From assembly GCA_002269645.1 (NCBI GenBank), contig NIVC01001256.1, positions 1-64,000 on the forward strand: 64,000 nucleotides of DNA. Reading direction: 5' to 3'. The position numbers and the translations under genes were made by a program. The DNA comes from Macrostomum lignano. Its lineage: Eukaryota. Of the stretch, positions 49,001 to 58,329 are shown piece after piece. Position 1 is the stretch's first letter, and each line of letters begins with the position of its first letter. The notes below the pieces were generated by a model. It was given only the letters and a program-made list of their open reading frames with translations, searched no databases and was not told the origin of the DNA.

Positions 49001-52000
49001 AAGCCTCTCTAAGCCTCTCTAAGCCACTCCAAGCCTCTCTAAGCCTCTCTAAGCCACTCAAGCCTCTCCAAGCCTCTCTAAGCTACTCTAAGCTACTCTA
49101 AGCTACTCTAAGCTACTCTAAGCTACTCTAAGCTACTCTAAGCTACTCTAAGCTACTCTAAGCTACTCTAAGCTACTCTAAGCTACTCTAAGCTACTCTA
49201 AGCTACTCTAAGCCTCTCTAAGCCTCTCTAAGCCACTCCAAGCCTCTCTAAGCCTCTCTAAGCCTCTCTAAGCCACTCCAAGCCTCTCTAAGCCTCTCTA
49301 AGCCACTCAAGCCTCTCCAAGCCTCTCTAAGCCACTCCAAGCCTCTCTAAGCCTCTCTAAGCCTCTCTAAGCCTCTCTAAGCCTCTCTAAGCCACTCCAA
49401 GCCTCTCTAAGCCTCTCTAAGCCTCTCTAAGCCACTCCAAGCCTCTCTAAGCCTCTCTAAGCCTCTCTAAGCCACTCCAAGCCTCTCTAAGCCTCTCTAA
49501 GCCTCTCTAAGCCACTCCAAGCCTCTCTAAGCCTCTCTAAGCCTCTCTAAGCCACTCAAGCCTCTCCAAGCCTCTCTAAGCTACTCTAAGCTACTCTAAG
49601 CTACTCTAAGCTACTCTAAGCTACTCTAAGCTACTCTAAGCTACTCTAAGCTACTCTAAGCTACTCTAAGCTACTCTAAGCTACTCTAAGCTACTCTAAG
49701 CCTCTCTAAGCCTCTCTAAGCCTCTCTAAGCCTCTCTAAGCCACTCTAAGCCTCTCTAAGCCACTCCAAGCCTCTATAGGCCATTCTAAGCCTCTCTAAG
49801 CCACTCTAAGCCTCTCTAAGCCACTCTAAGCCTCTCTAAGCCACTCTAAGCTACTCTAAGCTACTCTAAGCTACTCTAAGCTACTCTAAGCTACTCTAAG
49901 CTACTCTAAGCTACTCTAAGCTACTCTAAGCTACTCTAAGCTACTCTAAGCTACTCTAAGCTACTCTAAGCTACTCTAAGCTACTCTAAGCTACTCTAAG
50001 CTACTCTAAGCCTCTCTAAGCCTCTCTAAGCCTCTCTAAGCCTCTCTAAGCCACTCTAAGCCTCTCTAAGCCACTCCAAGCCTCTATAGGCCATTCTAAG
50101 CCTCTCTAAGCCACTCTAAGCCTCTCTAAGCCTCTCTAAGCCTCTCTAAGCCACTCTAAGCTACTCTAAGCTACTCTAAGCTACTCTAAGCTACTCTAAG
50201 CTACTCTAAGCTACTCTAAGCCTTTCTAAGCCTCTCTAAGACTCTCTAAGCCTTTCTAAGCCTCTCTAAGCCTTTCTAAGCCTCTCTAAGCCTCTCTAAG
50301 CCTCTCTAAGCCTCTCTAAGCCTCTCTAAGCCTCTCTAAGCCTTTCTAAGCCTCTCTAAGCTTCTCTAAGCCTTTCTAAGACTCTCTAAGACTCTCTAAG
50401 AAATATAAATCATTCTAGGCCACTCAAACGCACCCAATATATGTGCAATCCTCCTTTTTTGACGCGAATTCGAATTGAGAATAAATCGGCACTAGAAGCC
50501 CACGACAAGTGAGTATGAATTTATTATGAAGAAAAAATTTGCATATTCAATCTAGTATAAATGCTTTGCTCGGATTCCACAGCCACTGAGCCAGTCCAAT
50601 GGCAGCTGCAATATGGCGCCTACCCGACCCGGTTTGCCGGGGAGGCCGCTCACTCCCTTGCGGACAGCTGTTTTATTGATTTGCGCGAGTGGACGAGACG
50701 GCTAAGACTGCTTTAAACCCAGAGGCTAAATAGAATAGAGGGCCCGCCGATTACCATTTTGCTGGCGGGTGGCCGGGTTGGGGGGGGGGCAAGTCCCACT
50801 TTAATGGCAGATTCACTTCACCGGCTGCGTTAATTAGAGTTCTGCAGGCTGCTCACGATGTCCAGATCGGCAGATCCGGGATCTCTGCAGAATTCGCCTA
50901 CCTCCCTTGGGGACTTGGGGGGAATACTGTGTAGTACTTGGGTACACTTTTTCCCTTCAATCATGATAGTTTGGAATTAGGCATCAGGATGGATCGCTAT
51001 TCCCTGTCAAGGAAGCTGTCGTTGAAAAAAGCGATAAGCGGGAACGCCGCCATTCTTCCGAGCCCCTGGGTCGTCTGGTCATTCAGTCCATCCGTCATTT
51101 TCAAACTACCGAAACAGTTTTCTATGTGCTATAATGTACTATCTCTCTCGCGTGTCTACAAACTTAAATTATAAACTACTAAAAAACCGCAACCCAACAG
51201 CCGTATCTCTGCATTCTGCTCAAGTGCATCTGGGAAACCACGCGAACCTCCATCTTCGCGTGGATGCTGGCCGAGGGGATTAATATTCACGATAGGATCG
51301 CGGTCACCGTGTTCCAGACCAACACCGGAATGTGGCGCAACTACCTGCTGGGATATGGTGAGTCCTACGGGTGGCTCTTGATGCTGGTCTTGATGCAGTG
51401 AGTCCTGCGGGTGGCTCCTGATGCTGCTCTGGGATGCAGTGAGTCCTGCGGGTGGCTCCTGATGCTGCTCTGGGATGCAGTGAGTCCTGGGTGGCTCCTG
51501 ATGCTGTTCTTAGATGCAGTGAGTCCTCCTGGGTGGCTCCTGATGCTGGTCTTGATGCAGTGAGTCCTGCTGGTTGGCTCCTGATGCTGGTCTTGGATGC
51601 AGTGAGTCCTGGTTGGCGCCTGATGCTGGTCTTTGATGCGGTGAGTCCTGAGTGGCGCTTGATGGTGGTCCTGGATGCGGTGAGTCCTGAGTGGCGCTTG
51701 ATGGTGGTCCTGGATGCGGTGAGTCCTGAGTGGCGCTTGATGGTGGTCCTGGATGCGGTGAGTCCTGAGTGGCGCCTGTGAGTCCTGAGTGGCGCTTGAT
51801 GGTGGTCCTGGATGCGGTGAGTCCTGAGTGGCGCTTGATGCTGGTCCTGGATGCGGTGCGCCACGTGTGACTCCTGGGTCCTGATGGTGCTTTTGGATGC
51901 GGTCAGTCCTGAGGGGTTCTATCGGGAGCTCCGGAATGCGGTGAGTCCTAAATGATTCTCATTCGGCATCCCAGTTTCCCAGTTTGCCCTGGTGCATCCC

Positions 52001-53212
52001 ACAGGTCTGCCCGTGGTTCCAACCATCGTCTGGTCTGGTGTTGTTCTGTGGCACAATGAGCACAACCCGAATAAGTAAGTCTAAGTGAAATATCATCAGT
52101 TTTCGTGAGTCCAACTGCTGAAAATGTCCTCTGCGACACCCACCTCTAAACTTGACCGCAAAACTTTCAGGTGCTGGAAGGAGTCATTTTTCTCGAATTT
52201 CTACTGGATTCTGAGCGCCTGTCGAATTTTTACCTTTGCTGTGAGCTAAAAAAATGTTCAACTCTTGAAAACTTCTAACGATCCACCAACCGCTTGCAAA
52301 CTGATGCCGATTGTCCTCAACTCACTCAGATCAACATTGGCTTCTTGCTCAACGTACTTCGAGTTCTGGTGATGCGTCTGCGAGAGATTCGCTCCAATGA
52401 GACCCAGCAGATGAGGTGGGTGGCCGGCTGGGTAAATTTTAGTTCTGAATGGTGACAAACTGCTATTAATACTACTTATAGCGACTATAAAACCTTTTTA
52501 TAGTTACTCGTAGGCCGAACTATCTCAAACTTCGGCAAGAATTTCCATTGAAACGTTTCTAGGAAAGCGCTCCGCGCCGCCTTCCTCCTGCTGCCCCTGC
52601 TGGGCATCACCAACGTGATCTGCACGGTGCCCGACCCGGTCAAAACAGTGAACTTCATCGTCGTCACGACGCTCAAATCCTGCCTGCTGAGCTTCCAGGG
52701 CCTGTTTCTGGCACTCATGTACTGCTTCCTGGACAAGGAGGTGAGACGCGAGCTCAGTACTGGAATAGCGGTGGATCAGAGTGAGATCAAGCTGAGATTT
52801 TTATCAGATCTCAGCCAGAGGGCACAGGGTACACATGCTTAAGGAAGATAAGAAGGCTTAGCGGTCAGCAAAACAGGCATGGCTGCTTGGTTGCTTACTC
52901 GCTTCAGGTCAAGGTACGAGCTATATTTGTGGCCGCAACACCCACCATACTACCCCCTCCCCCTGTTTCAATCCCATGCAGGTCCAGGCCACCCTCAGCC
53001 GCCTGCTTGCCCGCCATCGCCTGCGCCGAAGTCGAACACCCGGAAGCGCCTGCAGCGCCGGCGGCGTTGTCGGAGGCGGCATCGGCAGCGCCGGCGGAAG
53101 CACCAGCCGACGTGGCAACGGGAAAGAGACGATCGCCGACGAAGCTGGACTCCAGCTGACTGCCACCGCCGCGATCTGTCACACGGCTGGAGTGCAGAGT
53201 CCGGCTGACTGA
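22029..53212 (+). CDS. PDFR: Class B (secretin-family) GPCR, pigment-dispersing-factor receptor-like, ~455 aa; exons 22029-22074, 26050-26163, 27563-27726, 29029-29132, 30609-30756, 51201-51357, 52005-52074, 52171-52240, 52330-52415, 52563-52740, 52982-53212
   Basis: Eleven GT-AG exons join in phase (1368 nt). Six-Cys hormone-binding domain (KC...CPAFFDGIRCW...LPC...FRVC..GRW...SNYSAC); LRNQRTKIHRNLFLAM (Drosophila PDFR LRNNRTKIHKNLFVAM); PYLC; FAWMLAEG; FYWIL; LLNVLRVLVMRLR; KALRAAFLLLPLLGITN; SFQGLFLALMYCFLDKEV. First exon and start codon less certain. Confidence 0.9.
22264..22530. repeat. 18-bp minisatellite (ATGCCAGCTACAGAGGGG), ~15 copies, PDFR intron 1
   Basis: 6-aa periodic ORFs (PATEGM, GDASYR). 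Confidence 0.95.
23030..23651. repeat. 17-bp minisatellite (GTGACATTTGACTGYCA), ~36 copies, PDFR intron 1
   Basis: Read directly. Confidence 0.96.
23740..23820. repeat. Degenerate CCCTAA-like tract
   Basis: taatcctaaactctaacctaaaaaccaaaccataacctgaaccctaactctaatccaaaaccctaacctaa. Confidence 0.55.
25030..26000. repeat. Degenerate 27-bp grading into 31-bp pyrimidine-rich minisatellite, ending just before PDFR exon 2
   Basis: tctacccgctctctaccaccactctca and ctaccaatctacccgctctctaccgcctctc units. Confidence 0.92.
27058..27515. repeat. 22-bp minisatellite (TTTACCTGCCGTTTGCCAGTCA), PDFR intron 2
   Basis: ~17 good copies plus a degenerate tail. Confidence 0.95.
27778..28963. repeat. 24-bp minisatellite (TGTGATTGACAGCTGTAGCTTTGA), ~49 copies, PDFR intron 3
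   Basis: 8-aa periodic ORF (VIDSCSFD). Confidence 0.97.
29402..30535. repeat. 57-bp minisatellite, ~20 copies, PDFR intron 4
   Basis: 19-aa periodic ORFs (MYIREGVLGRLCTLRKKPG); unit GGGTATGTACATCAGGGAAGGAGTCTTAGGAAGGCTGTGTACTCTGAGGAAGAAGCC. Confidence 0.97.
31366..50400. repeat. ~19-kb satellite array of 9-10-bp monomers (AAGCCTCTCT, AAGCCACTCC, AAGCCACTC, AAGCCTCTCC, AAGCTACTCT) with higher-order repeats, inside PDFR intron 5
   Basis: About 1,900 monomers between donor 30757 and acceptor 51200; rare-variant markers recur at 3,580-3,615-bp offsets. Confidence 0.98.
51358..51950. repeat. ~39-bp minisatellite whose unit contains the 5' splice-site hexamer GTGAGT; starts exactly at the PDFR exon 6 donor
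   Basis: Unit GTGAGTCCTGAGTGGCGCTTGATGGTGGTCCTGGATGCG and variants; 13-aa periodic ORF. Confidence 0.93.
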
Positions 53213-54120
53213 AATTTGATGAAAAAATTCTACATTAACAGTGTCGACACTGGGATTTTGTTCTGCAAGGTCGAGGTCCAGCCTAGCGACGAGCTACTCT
53301 GCTTTTGCCGTCATTCATGCTGACACCCCGTCAAGCTAGTCAGTTCGGTGTGCTTCTAGTCGTTTCATTCTGTTGTGCGTCGCTTGGCTTAGATTTGAGT
53401 TTGAAGGCTGTTGTAGTAGCGCCTTCAGAGAGCGCTTTTTTAGCTTGTAGTCACAATCGCTTATGAGCATGCGCCCCAGGACCACTAGAAGTTACTATCG
53501 TATAACAGCGTTAACTTCTAGCGGTTCTTGGATAAGTAATAAGCAAGTCTGCAATGAACTTTTATTGTTTTTTTTTCAATTTTCGAGTGGAAGCTTGAGG
53601 TCTGAAGACAAGCAAGGCGAGACAGTTGAATTGTGGCTGAATGCATACACGTGAATTGCAGAGCCAGCCGACCAGATTAACCTGCCGAGTGTCCCAGTTC
53701 TTAAATCGAAAGGAAATGCTAAACTAGCGGAATTTGTTGACCAAGTTTTCCAGAAGAAGTTTTCTTATCGAGGGGCCTTTTGTGATGGAACTTTCCGTTC
53801 GCATTGGCAGCCAGTCACGCCGCTGAGGTCAACGCGACAGGGCGTTTCGCTGTAACGGTTTTGATAGACATGGTGGCAGCTCGGGCACGTGAGCCGCTTT
53901 TGCCGATTCTCCCGCTATAAAAGTCTGCACTGGAAGGACAGGTTGAGGAATTAAACTGAACTTCTACGGAAACTATATTTAGAAATAAGCTGCGAGCTAC
54001 TAAATCTGCACTGCATGGTACAGACAGTGGAAAGGATGGACTGCTTTTATGATTATCTTCACCATGCTTTACTGCCCGAGACAACTTTGGGGCGGAGAAG
54101 AGTACGAGTAGCCAGACTCA

Positions 54121-54960
54121 GAGAGGGATTTGATAGGCGAAGATAGGAACTTGATAGGGCAAGAGCGGGATTTGATAGGTGAAGATAGGAATTTGATAGG
54201 GCAAGAGAGGGATTTGATAGGTGAAGATAGGAACTTGATAGGGCAAGAGAGGGATTTGATAGGGCAAAAGAGAGATTTGATATGGCAAGAGAGGGATTTG
54301 ATAAGGCAAATGAGATTTGATATGGCAAGAGAGGGATTTGATAAGGCAAATGAGAGATTTGATATGGCAAGAGAGGGATTTGATAAGGCAAATGAGAGAT
54401 TTGATACGAGCGTATGGCAAGAGAGGGATTTGATAAGGCAAATGAGATTTGATATGGCAAGAGAGGGATTTGATAAGGCAAATGAGAGATTTGATATGGC
54501 AAGAGAGGGATTTGATGGGGCAAATGAGAGATTTGATATGGCAAGAGAGGGATTTGATAAGGCAAATGAGATTTGATATGGCAAGAGAGGGATTTGATAA
54601 GGCAAATGAGAGATTTGATATGGCAAGAGAGGGATTTGATAAGGCAAATGAGAGATTTGATATGGCAAGAGAGGGATTTGATAAGGCAAATGAGATTTGA
54701 TATGGCAAGAGGGATTTGATAAGGCAAATGAGAGATTTGATATGGCAAGAGAGGGATTTGATAAGGCAAATGAGAGATTTGATATGGCAAGAGAGGGATT
54801 TGATAAGGCAAATGAGAGATTTGATATGGCAAGAGAGGGATTTGATGGGGCAAATGAGAGATTTGATATGGCAAGAGAGGGATTTGATAGGGCAAGAGAG
54901 GGATTTGATAGGGCAAATGAGAGATTTGATAGGGCAAGATAGGAACTTGATAGGTGAAGA
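54121..54960. repeat. 21/42-bp minisatellite (GAGAGGGATTTGATAAGGCAAATGAGAGATTTGATATGGCAA) between the convergent PDFR and HR96-like 3' ends
   Basis: 14-aa periodic ORF (RFDMAREGFDKANE). Confidence 0.95.
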
Positions 54961-56012
54961 GAGTTTTGATTTACTGTAAGCGCCTCATACGTAAATGGTT
55001 TCCAGTAAAGTTTTTAATCAAAACTTTAAAACTAATTGTGACAAATTCTAAAGCCCCATCTCAATGTGCAATCTCTCAATAGAAGTAGTGATTGAAAATT
55101 GGGACTCAGCAGGTTCAAAGCTAAAACTCAAAACCACTGGTCACCGAGAAATGTCAGTAAATAAAATTCGAAGATCGGCACTTTCAGACAAGTAAAGCAA
55201 GAGAGTAATATTCGATCAGATATATTTAAGTTTCTCTGCTCCATAGCACGATAGAACGCGTTACAATCTACGCATGCAGCACATCGTTGAAATACAGTTA
55301 GCTATTTATTTATATTTGCACGAGCACAATACGAATCCTGGTCTTATAGTACGCGAGAGAACAATAATTGGAAACATCTGACACATCAGGTTAAGCAGCA
55401 ACTGCACAGAAGCGCCGCAGGTGGTGGCACACAGATTACAGGTTAATCGGAAACAATTAGTGCGTAGGATGATGCAACAAAATACAATGAAGTCGAGCAC
55501 AGGAAATCAGGGAGTTGATATCAACAAACATCTGCTACACTGCAATGCTTCGAATGCTTCGTCTGGAGACCGACACTCCGCAGCCAGATTTCGCTCTGCT
55601 ACAGTGTAGTGCGACTCCATTCTAAACATTCGACTAAAATATAAACTCATAGAAAAACACGCATACATCTATAAATATTGCTCTGTGCGCGCCAGTGCTA
55701 CTAAGAGAAGTACATACGAGTAGTACGTGCAAGAGTACAGCTAAAGCAATCGTTCGAGCGCTGGCTGAAATGCACGGCCAAGGCTGGACGCGATACGCGC
55801 CTGGCCGCCAGCGGGCGGACCAGACATACGGGGGGCTCACAACGCTGAGCAGATCGCAATAAGTGGTATTAATAGTATCGTCTGAGATCAGCGCGGCTGG
55901 TCAGGACGGCCTCTGGCATTCGAGAGCCGCTTCAGGCATCAAGCAACGCGGCACCCACTGAATGCGGTGGAATGTCATAAAAGAAGGCCGTGGAAGCCAC
56001 CAAAGACGTGGC

Positions 56013-58329
56013 TTACTCGCTGACCAGCTCCTGCATCAGGGGCGGCACCTTGGCCAATTCCAGCGCCTTGGCCGCGTCGCTGTAGCAGGTGTCCAGCCAG
56101 CGAATCTGCACCAGCAGCAGCAGCGCCTTCTTGCTGGTGTACCTGGCCACCTGGCCGTCCAGTTTGCAGCTGCCAGCCGCAATATCGTCCAGGTAGTTCA
56201 GGTAGTTCCACTGCACCTGGCGCAGGCTGGACTTCTCGGCATCCGTGAGGGCCAGCGGAACATCCTCCTCAAGCAGGTACAGGGCCATGAGCACCACGGC
56301 TGCCAGGTGGCAGCGCTCGCGAAACAGGCGCTGCATCTCTCGATAGAAGCCGATCAATGCGTTGTACATACGCTCCACGTCTGCTGGGGTGTACAGCGCC
56401 CGGCCGTCCGTCAGACAGCGCTTGGTGAGGCACATAAAGGTGCTGTAAACGCCATCCCTGGCCGGTATGACGGCCTCGTCCAGTACCGGCCGGCCGCTGT
56501 CCACCGAATAGACCCACGCGTCCCTGTCCGGTTCGTAGTTCAGCTGGCTGATGATTTGCAGGGCGCCGAACACTCGAAACTGGCGGGGTGGATGGGGGCG
56601 GGAGCTCCGAGATTTAGAGGGGATAGGATCCCAACGAAATCTCAAATCCCGAAATTATGAAGACTTTCTCAAGTATAGATAAGAGTGTCTCTGTAGCCGG
56701 GTGGCTCATCCGTGTCTTTAGGGTGTAACACTAGTCCTTAATGAATGTCCCGATGGCGAGCATGACCAAATCCTGTCCAGACTTGTCCCGCCACAAAAGC
56801 TACAGAGCCAAAAGGTACCCAGTCTCACCTTGACGATGCGGCCAAGCAGAGCCTTGTCCAGCTGGTCAAAGTAGGGCAGCTGCGGGATCAGGCGGATCAT
56901 CTTGCGGATGGGGTTGTCCATGCAGGCGAACCCGTCCTCCAGGTACAAAATCTTTATCAGCAGCGCGCCAGCCGACTTTCTGTCCTGCGGCTCTCGGTAT
57001 TCGCGGACGCAGCTGGACAGCACGCTGAACTTCGGGCTGGCCTCGAGCTGCTTGCTGTCAGGGCTGAGCTCCGGCTCGCTGGGCGACTCTTCTTCTTCTT
57101 CTACTTCATCGTCTTCGTCTGCGTCGGCAAAGTCGGCGGCCTCCTCCTTCACGCGCAGCTGGTGCGGCGGCGAGGGCTGCGACTGGGATCTGCCGGAGCC
57201 TGACGGGGCTTCGTCGCTGATGCTGCTGCGGCTGCCGCTGACGCTGGCGAGGGGCAGCGCGGCGAGCAGCTGGTTGATGTCCACGCTAGCCGGGATTCGG
57301 CACCAGCGATAACGCGGCTTCTTGAAGGTCGGCCGGGCCCGGCTACGAAGCTTCTCGTCGGCTGCACGGAGGTGGCATAGTAGGCAGAATGGTAGGGTCA
57401 GAGTAGATAGAAAAGATAGAGAGAGAGAGGGAGTTGTTAGAATCGTACATCAGAAAGGCTGCTTGAATCTGAATACAAATGCAGAGTTGGAGTGGTTTAA
57501 GCCAGGGGATAACAACATCCAGTTCAAATTAGAAGCTAAAATTTCCCAGTTAATCCCGGGCGGTGTGAGAGGCAGCAAAGAGTCACATTCATCGGAAGGC
57601 TTATACTCACACAAGATGAGCTCCTTCCGCATGCCCACAGCGAAGCACTTCCTCAGCCGGCAGGCCGTGCAGGAGCGGCGGTACTCGCGCAACACGTTGC
57701 AGTTGTTGTAGTGCAGGCAGCGGATTTGCGACGGCTGCGAGACGGCGGACAGTGGGTGTTGCTAGGTGACTGATTGGCACAACACGATTTATCAGGATCC
57801 TCACCGTCTCCCCTCACTGTCTCCCCTCACTGTCTCCCCTCACTGTCTCTCTCACTGTCTCCCCTCACTGTCTCCCCTCACTGTCTCCCTCATCGTCTCC
57901 CCTCACTGTCTCTCTCACTGTCTCCCTCACCGTCTCCCTTACCGTCTCCCTCATAATCTCCCCTCACTGTCTCCCCCACTGTCTCCCTTACCGTCTCCCT
58001 CACCGTCTCCCTTCACCGTCTTCCTTCACCGTCTCCCTCACTGTCTCCCCTCACTGCTTCCATCGGCCCTGCCTACCTCTCGCTTGGCATTCCGCCTGAA
58101 GAAGGTTTTGCACGACTCGCACGTGGCCACGCCGAAGTTGTTGCCCGAGGCGGCCAGCTGGCAGACCAGGCACTCGGCGTCGCCAGACAGAACCGGCTGG
58201 CGGCTTCGCCGGGCAGGCTGCTGGTGCTGGTTCTGTTGTTGGTGCTGGTACTGCTGGTGCTGGTACTGCTGGTGCTGGACTTGCTGTGGCCAATAGATAT
58301 CATCGGTAACCTCTTCCAGTTCAACGAAG
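56013..58329 (-). CDS. HR96: Nuclear hormone receptor, HR96/DAF-12/VDR group (NR1I/J), ~490 aa found; exons 58329-58077, 57734-57611, 57361-56829, 56579-56013; start exon not found
   Basis: In-phase exons encode C4 zinc fingers CLVCQLAASGNNFGVATCESCKTFFRRNA and CLHYNNCNVLREYRRSCTACRLRKCFAVGMRKELILSDEK (cf. HR96 TCESCKAFFRRNA...CRLRKCLDIGMKSENIMSEE). LBD-like RKMIRLIPQLPYFDQLDKA and AF-2-like PPLMQELV. Gln-rich N-terminus. Confidence 0.85.
57800..58056. repeat. 13-bp minisatellite (CTCACTGTCTCCC) filling the intron between the two zinc-finger exons
   Basis: Read directly. Confidence 0.92.
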
